A stretch of 64,000 bases of DNA, from assembly GCA_965240325.2 (NCBI GenBank), contig OZ251223.1, forward strand, positions 248,001-312,000. The letters are read 5' to 3'. Source of the stretch: Rebecca billardiae RCC1528 (lineage: Eukaryota; Protista; Haptophyta). The notes under the pieces were generated by a model, which was not told the DNA's origin, did no database searches, and saw nothing but the letters and a program-made list of their open reading frames with translations. Below are positions 52,602-62,157 of this stretch, piece by piece (within the stretch, counting starts at the first letter, position 1; the number at the start of each line of letters is the position of its first letter). The translations under genes were made by a program, and so were the position numbers.

Positions 52602-55600
52602 ATGAGCAGTGACAAGCGCCCGCTCGACGACGCGAATGCGGCGAATGCGCCGGACGACGTGCAGGTCGTGGCGCCACCGGTGAAGGTGGTCAAGACAGAG
52701 GCCGTCCCGCCGCTCGCGCGCGACGCGGACGTCGAGGCGGTGTGCGCGTGGCTGCAGACGGCGCTGCCAGTCGTGGGCATGCAGTTTGTCGACACGGCGC
52801 GCGCGAAAGCGATGGACGCGGCGACGCTGCTCGCGCTCGACAAGGATGGCATCAAGAAGGCGTTCAGCGACTGCGCTAAGGTGGGCCCGCGCATCAAGCT
52901 GCACGCCCGCCTCGAGGAGCTGCGCAAGGGCGGCGCGCTCGTGTCGAGCTCGGCGGCGCCGTCCGGCGCCGCGGCCGCGGTTGACCTCTCACTCGAGGAC
53001 GGCTCGCAGGACGGCGCGCCCAACGAGGAAGACGACGCGGGTGCGCTCCCCGAGATCGACGACAACGAGGCGGAGGCCGCCATGTCGCGCGAGTCCGACG
53101 CGCTCGGGCGCATCATCTGGGTGTGCAACAAGCTGGAGGCACTGATCAAGCAGCGGAAGGACTTCGCCTCGGCAGAGGGCGTGGACGCGCGCCTCGGCGA
53201 GCTCAAGGCGCTCCAAGCGAGGCTGAAGCTGCCCACGTGCTCGGTCGTATTCGTCGGCAACACCGGCGCCGGCAAGAGCACCCTGCTCAACTCGCTGATC
53301 GGCGAGGCGGCCGTGCTGCCCACGTCGGGCGTGCGTGCGTGCACCGCGACCATCATCGAGCTCGCGCACGATGGCGACTCGAAGAGCGACTACCGCGGCG
53401 AGGTGGAGTTCATCTCGCAGCAGGAGTGGCTCGACGACGAGGAGGCGGCAGTCGACGAGCTCACGCAGGAGGACGGCACCGTGATCCTGCACGTGCAGCC
53501 CGACCAGCCCAGCTACAAGTCGTGGTGCAAGCTGCTCGCTGTGTACGGTGACGACTACACAAAGAGCAAGCAGTGGACCGGCGGGTACCACCCGAGCACG
53601 GGCGCGAAGGTGTACAAGGCGCCGACGCGCGACGAGATGCTGGGCATCTTCCAGAGCTTGCACAGGAGCCAGCACGGCATCACGCGCCACCTCGGCCGCA
53701 CGGTCGAGCTGAAGGCGGACGAGCCGGAAGCGTTCCGGCGCGAGGTGCATGCGCGCGCGCGCGCCCTGCGCTGCGTCGGCGCCGCTGCGGCTGACGTGCG
53801 CGCGCGCTCCCGCCCTGCCTCGCGCCCCGCGCCGCGTGCCGCCGCAGGTCGAGCGGTACACGGACTCGAGCGACGAGGTGAGCGCGGGCGCGTACTGGCC
53901 GCTCGTGCGGCAGGTGCGCCTCTTCTCGACGCGCTGGAGGGCGCTGCGCGCGGGCACCATCCTCGTGGACGCGCCCGGGCTGAACGACAACAACGCGGCG
54001 CGCGACGCGATCGTGAAGCAGCGGCTGCGCGACGCAGACGCCGTCGTGATCTGCTCCAACATCACGCGCGCGGTGAACGACCGCACCGCGAAGAACCTGC
54101 TCGGCGACTCGTTCCGCCGGCAGCTGCTGATGGACGGGCAGTACAGCTCGCTCGTCTTTGTCGCGACGCAGACGGACAAGCTCTCGCGCCAGGAGGTCAT
54201 CAAGTCGCTGAACCTCTCCGCGCAGGCGAGCACGGTCGAGTGCGCGCGCGCGCGCAACGAGAACGTCAAGAAGCAGAGCGAGCTGAAGTTCTACGCCGGG
54301 CTCAGGGAGATGGCGGCCGCCTCGGGGGAAGTCACGTCCGACGCGGCGCTGCGCGCTGCATACCCGCCGCTGCCCACGTTCTGCGTCTCGTCGCGCGCGT
54401 ACCAGCTGCTCGAGGGGCTGGTGCCGCCCGCGAAGGGCGCGCGGCGCGCGACGTGGCGCAAGAAGCTCGACACCGAGCTGCCGCAGCTGCGCAAGCACCT
54501 GTGCGACCTCACGCTGCGCCGGCGGCACGCGGCGGTCGAGCAGACGTGCGAGGGCGTGCTCAGGCTCGTCGAGGCCGTCGAGGCCACGGCGCTCACCACC
54601 TCGGCGAGCAAGGACAAGCGCGCGGCGCAGGAGGCCTTCGACGCGGAGAGCGCCGAGCTCGAGCGGCTGATGCAGCAGGCGGCCGAGGGCTTCGGCGAGT
54701 TCTTCGCCCAGCAGGTCGACGCCGTGCTGCGGCCGCAACTCGAGAAGGGCGCGTCCGAAGCGGCGGCCGAGGCGCTGCGCACGGCGCAGGCGTGGGGCGA
54801 GTCCGCGAAGGCCGGCGGCATGCACTGGACCACGTTCAAGGCCACGCTGCGGCGCATGGGCGTGTTCCGGCTCAACATGAACGCGCTTCTGGGCGAGCCG
54901 GTGCTCAGGTGCGTGGCGTCGCACTGGCAGAGCGTCTTTGGCGTCGCGCTCGCGCAGCAGATGCAGAAGACGCTCGATCAGTTGAGCAAGCTCGTCGGCG
55001 GCTTCGACGACGCGTTCCGAGCGCGCATTGCGGCGAACCTCGCGCCGCCGCCGGCCGCGGGGCCCGAGGCAGCGCCGCAGGCCGCCGACGCGAGCTCCGC
55101 GGCCGGCCAGCTCGTCGTGTACGCCGGCAGCGCGGGCAGTGCCGTGCCACCGGCGTTGACGGCGCCCGCGCCCACGAGCGTGGTCCGCGGCGTCGAGACG
55201 CAGCTCAAGGCCATGGGCGACAAGCTCAAGGCCGCCGCGCAGCAGCAGCAGCGCGACATCTCGCGCGATCTCGAGCCGCTCGTGCTCGCGCACATGAAGC
55301 CCGCGTTCGAGCGCGGCGCGGCCGAGGCGGGCGTGGGCTCGCACCAGCGGCGGAAGGAGCACGTCGAGGGCCACATCAAGGCGATCTCGAGCACGTGCTT
55401 CCGCACCTCCGCGCTCACGCTCGTCGACAAGCTGGGGCAGCTCAACAAGAGCCTCGTGGCGGAGATGAAGACCTCGATGGCGCAGCACGTGGTTGGCAGC
55501 CTGAGGGTGCGCGCGCGCACGCGCGCTCGGACACCGCGCCGCGCCCGTCGCGTGGCGTCTGCTCAGCCCGGCCCACCGTCCATCGCGCGCGCGCGAATGC

Positions 55601-55998
55601 GCTCGCAGGTGCACTACAGCGCACTCTGGGACGACCTCACGCCCGCCGTGCTCAGCGCGCGCGCGAAGATGCAGAAGCCGCTCGTGGACTGTCGGCTCGA
55701 GGCGGGCAACGCGCTGCGCGCGCTCAACAAGCCGCCCGCTGCCGCCGCCGCCGCCGCCGCCGCGGGTGATGGCAACGCGTCGGAGCCGGTGGAGATGGAG
55801 GGTGACTTGATCGACGTCACCGCGCAGATGCAGGCGCGCCGTGCTGCGCAGCGCGATGCAGACATGATCGACCTCGACGATCCGCGGTACGCTTCGGCCG
55901 GTGCCGGCTTGTCGGATGGCGCGTGCCCGAGCGCCGCGCCCGCTGCTGACGCAGCTGATGGTCCCCCGGCGCAGGTCAAGCCTGAGAAGTCGTCATAG
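52602..55998 (+). CDS. Dynamin-superfamily GTPase (SLIP-GC/NUGGC-like) with N-terminal SAM-like domain; predicted introns 53745-53847 and 55507-55608
   Basis: G1 GNTGAGKS, LPTSGVRACT (G2), WPLV, G3 DAPG, G4-like TQTD, helical C-terminus. The N-terminal VEAVCAWL...MDAATLLAL...GPRIKL is SAM-like. Confidence 0.8.
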
Positions 55999-56019
55999 TC
56001 CTATTATTGCGCAGCAGTA

Positions 56020-56070
56020 CGTTAATCACGCCTTAACCAAGTGTGCACGTTGAATCATAGTAAACTGTAG
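56020..56070 (+). mobile_element. Shortest 5'-truncated copy of the retroposon-like 3' tail
   Basis: CGTTAATCACGCCTTAACCAAGTGTGCACGTTGAATCATAGTAAACTGTAG, the reverse complement of the 33763 copy with one mismatch. Confidence 0.7.
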
Positions 56071-56206
56071 ATTTATTTACGGCGTCCCAATGTGCTGTAC
56101 TCTGTAGCACTACGCCTACGGCAGGACTGAATGACGATAATGATGATATGTACGTACGACATTCAACTTTGTGGCATGCAACGGGCAGGCGTCAGCTAGT
56201 CAGTAC

Positions 56207-56367
56207 GCCGGTCTGTGGCCGAGTGGGAGTACTGGCGTGCTCTTGCGTCTGAGGTCATGGGTTCAAACCCCCAGTTTCCAGGTCTCTCTTCGGAGAGCGT
56301 GCGATGAAGGATGGCGCGGCAACCTGCCACCGTGAGCCTTACGCACGTTAAAACAAATAAACTGTAA
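56207..56367 (+). mobile_element. tRNA-derived SINE (~160 bp)
   Basis: A box TGGCCGAGTGG (56216-56226), B box GGTTCAAACCC (56260-56270), no pairing acceptor stem. CTCTC-TTCG-GAGAG hairpin. 3' tail GCCTTACGCACGTTAAAACAAATAAACTGTA resembles the dispersed repeat. Confidence 0.7.
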
Positions 56368-56961
56368 GCTGCATAGCAGATCGGTCAGCAGGGACAAACA
56401 CCGCGCTAGCAGGATCAGCGCTCCGATCGCAGGATCGTCCGCCCTGCCCCGTCTTAGTCGCGCGCCTACTAAGCTACTATCAGCATATCATCGTCACTCG
56501 TCGTCCATCAATCATCATGCGCATTGCGCGCCGAGCGCGGAAGCCCGACGCACCGCGTCTGCTTACTACTGGCTGCTGGCAAGTGGACCAAGTGGCGTCT
56601 GTCAGTCACTGAGACTCAGTGACGAGCGCGCGCTACCGCGGCACTGATCGATCGCGCGACGATCGTGCCGCACGAGTGACGACGCGACATCGTCGTGTGA
56701 TTGCTGATGTGATCATCTCAGTGATCTCCTGGACCTGATGATGATGATGATCATCATATCAGACATATATGAGCAGGCAGTATATGTGAGCGTGCATATA
56801 TGAGCCGCGTGCTGTTGTACTGTGCGTGCATCGGTCGTGATGCATGAAATATCACGACAGTATAGTCCGGGGTGCATTCGAGTGTGTAGAAGTCATCCGA
56901 CTCAACGGTCACTCAAGCCCCGACCCCCGGGACCGTTGGCCCGCTGGCCGATCGATTTCAT

Positions 56962-59271
56962 TCAGGTCTGCGCTGCATGCCGCAGCTGCGGTGGCGCGCG
57001 GAGTGCAGGAATCCCACCGAGCAGCTCGGAGCTGCGCCGCAGCCGCCAGAGCAGCTCGGTGAAGAGCTGCTCTGTCTGCACCCCGGCGACATCATCGCCG
57101 TACTGCCGCCGTATCTTCGGCGCGATCTGCACCCTCTTGCCCTCGCCCGTCGCGCCCGCCTCGTCCGTGACGTCGGCCGTCACGAGCACGGGCGCAAATG
57201 TTGTGTAGCAGAGCAGCCGATCGACGTCCGGCTCGGCGTAGACGCTGGGGCGCAGCCCGCGCGAGCGCGCGTGCGCGAGGAGCGCGTCGACGGCCTCCAC
57301 GGCCCCCTCGCGCCGTAGGGAGTGCGCGTTGGCAAACGCCCCCCCGGGCTCAACCGTCACGTTGGCCGCCGCTGCGGCGGGCAGAGCCATCCGAACCGCC
57401 AGCACCAAGCGGCGCGCGCGCGCGCCCTCCTTGGCCATCTCGGCCAGGACCAGGTCGATGTTCTTGATGATGGCCGCGGGGTCGGCGCCCAGGTCGGCGC
57501 CCACGGGCACGTACACGACGAGCGCGTCCGCCGGCGCGATCTCGCACTTGCCGGCGCCCAGCCGCTCCGCCAGCAGCTGCGCGATCGCGCGCGGCAGCTC
57601 GCGCGGCCGCAGCGCGACGCCGCTGGCGCCCTTGTGCCCGGTGAGCAGGGCGTGGCCTGGCCAGCGGGTCGGGCCCTCGGTGCGGTTCCCCAGCACGGCC
57701 TCGAGGGTCGGCGGCGCCCGCGCCGCCTGCTCCTCCGTCCTGAGCTCGTACCTGCTCAGCTCGAGCCCGCCGATCGGCTCGCCGTCGAGCGTGCTCGTGT
57801 TGACGAGCGCCTCGCGCAACACGGTCTTCCGGTACTGCCGCCCGCACAGCACGCGCAGCGCGTCCAGCCGCCACTTCGGGCCGCGGGAGAGCGCGATCTC
57901 GGCGAGGCGGTACGAGCCCTGCTGCGAGACGATGGGCACGCGGTAGCTCGCGGCGGCGTCGCCCTCGTGCGCGACGAGCCAGCGGTACCCGTGCTTGCCG
58001 CACTTGCGCAGAGGGTCGATGCAGCGCTTGTACGGACCAGACTCCCACTCCGGGCAAGCGTCGGCGCACGCGCACGCGTGCTTGGGCAGGAGCGAGGCGA
58101 GGCGCACGCCGTCCCAGCTCGGCCTGCACGAGCGGCTGTGGCACGGGAAGGCGAGGCCCCGCAGCATCTGCACGAACAGCGGGAACCCGCCGTGCACGCC
58201 CGTCACCACGTGCGGCGAGAGCACGTAGTAGCACAGGTCGCGGTCCGCGTCCGGCTCGGAGCGGACGCTCGCGCGCAGCCCGCGCGAGCGCACGTGCGCG
58301 ACGATCCGGTCGACCACGTCCGCCGAGAGCCGGTCCTTGTGGGGCTCGTGCGCGTACGCGGGGCGGTCGTTGGCCAGCACATTCAGCGGGTTCGTCGCGT
58401 AGTTCAGCACGCCGCTGATCACCACCTCACGCACCGCGACCGCGCGCGCCGCGCGAGCGACCGCTCGTTTCCGCCGTCCGCTCCGGCTCGTCCTCGCCTC
58501 TGCCTCCGCGCCGCCGGCCGCCGCCCTCTTGAGCCATTCGAGCTCGAGGTCGAGGCGCTCGAGCAGCGGGTCGACGTAGTTGGCGCCGACGGCATCGCCC
58601 AGCCTCGCGTACACCACGACGGCGTCCGCTGGCGCCACCTCGCACCGGCCGCTGCGCAGCCGCTCCTGCATGCGCCGCACAAGCGCTTTGGGCATCAGTC
58701 CGTGCAGCATGGCGATGCCGTTCGGCCCGGACTTGCCCAGCAGCCGGACCTGCCCGCGCACGCCGGGCTCGCCCTCGGTGGAGGCGCCGACGGTCGCCTC
58801 GATCGCGGCGTCGTCCAGCGTGGAGAGCGCCACCGAGCCGTTCAGCCGCGACACCTCGACGAGAGCGTCGCGCAGCAGCGTGCCGCGGTAGCGCGGTTCA
58901 CACAGAATGATCATCGAGTCGAGCCGGAAGCGCTGGCCGCGCGCGCGCGCGAGGTCGGAGATGCGGTACACGGTGTTCCAGTCGAGCAGAGCGAGCGAGT
59001 AGTTCAGCGCATCCGCGGGCCGGCCGTCGTCGCGCGGGGGCGTGTACCAGCGCACGCGCGGCACGCAGCGCGCGATCGGATCAAAGCACGCGGACGGGTC
59101 GGCGAGCGTCGCCGTGTTCTCGCACACGGAGGAGCAGGCGCACGCGTGTGATACCGTCGTCTTCTCCTTGCGCGCGCTCACCACCACGTGCACTCGCGCC
59201 CCGCCGAGGCACAGCAGCGTGAGCAGCGCACCTCGGCCGCGCACCACGGCCGGGCGGGCCGCCGCCGGCAT
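56962..59271 (-). CDS. Membrane-anchored protein with two tandem homologous domains, possibly fucosyltransferase (GT11-like) fold
   Basis: Internal repeat HACAC..C.DP..RW..YR..RG..RLD..LC..YR.T.LR.ALV..CE.APADA.VVY..RSRGLR.SV..EPD.DR.LCY. Copy 1 has VVYARLGD and GGF. Confidence 0.6.
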   Translation of the reverse strand: MPAAARPAVVRGRGALLTLLCLGGARVHVVVSARKEKTTVSHACACSSVCENTATLADPSACFDPIARCVPRVRWYTPPRDDGRPADALNYSLALLDWNTVYRISDLARARGQRFRLDSMIILCEPRYRGTLLRDALVEVSRLNGSVALSTLDDAAIEATVGASTEGEPGVRGQVRLLGKSGPNGIAMLHGLMPKALVRRMQERLRSGRCEVAPADAVVVYARLGDAVGANYVDPLLERLDLELEWLKRAAAGGAEAEARTSRSGRRKRAVARAARAVAVREVVISGVLNYATNPLNVLANDRPAYAHEPHKDRLSADVVDRIVAHVRSRGLRASVRSEPDADRDLCYYVLSPHVVTGVHGGFPLFVQMLRGLAFPCHSRSCRPSWDGVRLASLLPKHACACADACPEWESGPYKRCIDPLRKCGKHGYRWLVAHEGDAAASYRVPIVSQQGSYRLAEIALSRGPKWRLDALRVLCGRQYRKTVLREALVNTSTLDGEPIGGLELSRYELRTEEQAARAPPTLEAVLGNRTEGPTRWPGHALLTGHKGASGVALRPRELPRAIAQLLAERLGAGKCEIAPADALVVYVPVGADLGADPAAIIKNIDLVLAEMAKEGARARRLVLAVRMALPAAAAANVTVEPGGAFANAHSLRREGAVEAVDALLAHARSRGLRPSVYAEPDVDRLLCYTTFAPVLVTADVTDEAGATGEGKRVQIAPKIRRQYGDDVAGVQTEQLFTELLWRLRRSSELLGGIPALRAPPQLRHAAQT

Positions 59272-59453
59272 CGTGCGACTCGACCGGAGCCTCGACTGAG
59301 CGCCGGACCACGGCTGCAATTTGCTTGGTCCGGGAGCAAGGTCGCTTGCGAGCGAGGCAGCGGGCGTCGTCGCGGCGAACAAGCCGAACATCACCCCGAC
59401 CCGCCGACCCGCCCCCCCCTCGCGTGTCCTCGCTGCGAATTCCTACCCTCCCG

Positions 59454-61613
59454 ATGGCGGAGCCATCGCTGCGCATCTGCCTCGATGTGATGTGGTCGAA
59501 GAGAACCGCGATGAGCGCCGCGAAGAAGGGGGCACAGACGAAGGCCGAGGCAAAGACGACGACCAAGAAGAGCAAGAAGGCAAAGACGACGACTATGATG
59601 AAGAAGAACAAGAAGGCCAAGCACGCGCACACGTGCGGCGGGCACCCGCCCGTGTGCCCGCCGCGCGTGCACGACGCGATCCTGCAGGTGTTGAGCGCGG
59701 ACACCGACGACACGGGCGTGCCTGTCGACAAGCTCCCCGGGCTGTACCAGGCGCTTGCGGGTGCGCCGCGCGAGGGTGGCGCGCTGCTGCTCGGCCTGGC
59801 CATGCGCACCGCGCGCGACGGCTCGGCGGAGCTCGCGGTCATCTCGAGCTCTGAGGGCGACCCCCTCGCCATCGACTTGCACGCGCTCGGCCCAGAGCCC
59901 GCCGCCGCGCTGCTGTGCTCCCTCGCGTGCGGCGGAAGCCACGGCGGCGTGCTCGTGGCGACGCACGACGCTTGCAGGCTCGGGCGCGCCCTCAGGGCGG
60001 CGTGCGCAGCGGCAGGCCTGGCCACGCCCGCCCTCGCCCCTGGCGCCCTCGCAGATGTGCAGCTGGCCCATGAGGCGCTCACGGGCGAGCTAGCGGCGCC
60101 GCTTGACGCGGTGGTCGCGGCTGCGGCGGGGCGGGGCGGCGCGTCCGGCGGGCGGCATCAGCGCGGCCGCGGCGCGGCCCGCGGCGGTGGCCGCGCGGCG
60201 CATCACAGTCAGCCCTCCTCCTCGGCCTCACCGACGGCCGAGGAATTGGCACAGGAGGCCCGGAGCGTTCGGGAGCTCGCTGCGCGGCTCTCGGGCGCGC
60301 TCGAGAGGCGCCACTTGCGCAGCGCGTGGCTGAGCGCCGGCGCAGCCGTCGCCGCCGAGGCGGCCGCCGCGCCGCCCGCGCCTCCGAGCAGCGTCTCAGG
60401 CGGCTATGGCGGCGTGCGCGCCGACGAGGGCAACGGCAACGAGAACGACGACGACGACGGCGGCGGCTACTGCGACCATGAGCTCAACGGCTGGCGGCGC
60501 GTGCGCTTCGACACGACGCGTGCGCACGCGCTGAGTACCGGCGCGCTGCTCGAGTCCACGCGCCCGGCCGCCGCCGCGCCCGCGCGCGCCCACGCCGCCG
60601 CAGCGGAGACAGACACACTACTGCCGCTGCTGCGCGCCCCGTGGGTGTACCCGTTCGGCCGGCTGTGTCGGAAGGGGGGCCTCACGGAGCTGGCGCTCGA
60701 CGTCGGCCGCGCGCCGGTGGCGTGGACAAAGCGCGGGCGCACTGCGCTCGCGGGCGCGGAGAGCGCCGTCGTCGAGCACGGGGACGTCGACCGAGTCGAG
60801 CGCGAGCTCGGAGGCTTTGGCGCCGACGGCCGCGCGTCAGTGAGCGGCTCGCTGCACCGCGTGAGCGCGCTGCGCAATCGCGCGGGCGCGCCGGTCGGCG
60901 TGACGGTGCGCGTCGCGCGGGCGGTCGCCGCCGCCGCGGACCCGATCGCCGACCTGATCCTCGCGCCCGCGCTGGGCGGCGTGCTGCTGCTCGGACCGCC
61001 GGGCTCGGGCAAGACGACGATGATGCGCGCGGCCGCCGCGCTCCTTGCCGAGGTCAAGACGGTTGTGGTCGTGGACACCTCGAACGAGCTGGGCGGCGAC
61101 GGCGACACGACCCACCCGGCGCTCGGCGCCGCGCGGCGCATGATGGTTCCGGCCCTCGACCAGCAGGCTGAGCTGATGGTGCAGTGCGTGCAGAACCACA
61201 CGCCGCACGCGCTCGTGATCGACGAGGTTGGGCGGAGGCCCGAGGTCGCCGCGGCGCAGACCTGCCGCCGGCGCGGTGTCGGCCTGCTCGCGTCCGCGCA
61301 CGGGGACTTGCGCTCGCTCGTGCGGAACAGCGCGCTCAACGGGCTGGTCGGCGGCGTGCAGACGGTCACGATCGGCGATCAAGCCGTTGGCAGAAATGGC
61401 TCCAAGCTGCGCGCCCAGCGCGAGGGCGCGCCCGTCTTCGACGCCGTCGTCGAGCTCTTCGCCTCGTCCGCGCCGCACACCCACTGCTGCCGCGTCACGA
61501 CGGACGTCGCTGCCGCCGTTGACGCCATCCTCGCGCGGCGCAAGTACGCAGCGCAGTGGCGAGTGACCGACGCGGCGACAGGCAGTGTGCGCGTGCACGA
61601 TGTGGCCGCGTAA
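59454..61613 (+). CDS. Ycf45/SpoIIIAA-like P-loop ATPase with N-terminal degenerate 3'-5' exonuclease-like region
   Basis: ELALDVGR, LHRVSALRNR, GPPGSGKT, VDTSNELGGDGD, RRMMVP, QNHTP, IDEVG, SAHG. Upstream THDA...DVQLA is exonuclease-like. Start is 59454 or 59511. Confidence 0.8.
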   Translation: MAEPSLRICLDVMWSKRTAMSAAKKGAQTKAEAKTTTKKSKKAKTTTMMKKNKKAKHAHTCGGHPPVCPPRVHDAILQVLSADTDDTGVPVDKLPGLYQALAGAPREGGALLLGLAMRTARDGSAELAVISSSEGDPLAIDLHALGPEPAAALLCSLACGGSHGGVLVATHDACRLGRALRAACAAAGLATPALAPGALADVQLAHEALTGELAAPLDAVVAAAAGRGGASGGRHQRGRGAARGGGRAAHHSQPSSSASPTAEELAQEARSVRELAARLSGALERRHLRSAWLSAGAAVAAEAAAAPPAPPSSVSGGYGGVRADEGNGNENDDDDGGGYCDHELNGWRRVRFDTTRAHALSTGALLESTRPAAAAPARAHAAAAETDTLLPLLRAPWVYPFGRLCRKGGLTELALDVGRAPVAWTKRGRTALAGAESAVVEHGDVDRVERELGGFGADGRASVSGSLHRVSALRNRAGAPVGVTVRVARAVAAAADPIADLILAPALGGVLLLGPPGSGKTTMMRAAAALLAEVKTVVVVDTSNELGGDGDTTHPALGAARRMMVPALDQQAELMVQCVQNHTPHALVIDEVGRRPEVAAAQTCRRRGVGLLASAHGDLRSLVRNSALNGLVGGVQTVTIGDQAVGRNGSKLRAQREGAPVFDAVVELFASSAPHTHCCRVTTDVAAAVDAILARRKYAAQWRVTDAATGSVRVHDVAA

Positions 61614-61680
61614 TTGGCACCACGTGCGATCCTGCGACACTGCGCTGTTGTATTGACTGGTCGTATAACACGTGATGCAT

Positions 61681-61694
61681 AGAGAGAGAGAGAT

Positions 61695-61740
<46 letters not shown>

Positions 61741-61961
61741 TATACGTGCATTATTCGCATTGAAGTGCGGGCTGCGGGCCGGCCGCTGCGCGGGGCCGGG
61801 CTGCCATAGTCAGCTAGTCCGGCAACATATGTAATTTCAGCGCATAGTATAATACGACTGCTTGTCTGCTATACAGACTACAGAGTCAGAGTACAGATCG
61901 ATGATCATCGATCATGACGATATATATCGATCGATCATCGATCGGATGATCGACATCATCA

Positions 61962-62053
<92 letters not shown>
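61681..62053. repeat. (GA)n at 61681-61740 and (TA)n at 61964-62053
   Basis: Directly visible. Confidence 0.95.
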
Positions 62054-62055
<2 letters not shown>

Positions 62056-62157
62056 TCATCATGATGCGCTCATGATGACGACTATATACTCTGCTGCTGA
62101 CGAGTTACAATATAACATCGTCAGCCGTCGGCGTCGCAGTCGCAACGCGCCCAGACT

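Noticed and set aside
56207-56285. Possible tRNA gene
   Set aside because: A and B boxes are present, but the acceptor and anticodon stems do not pair. It is better explained as a SINE head.
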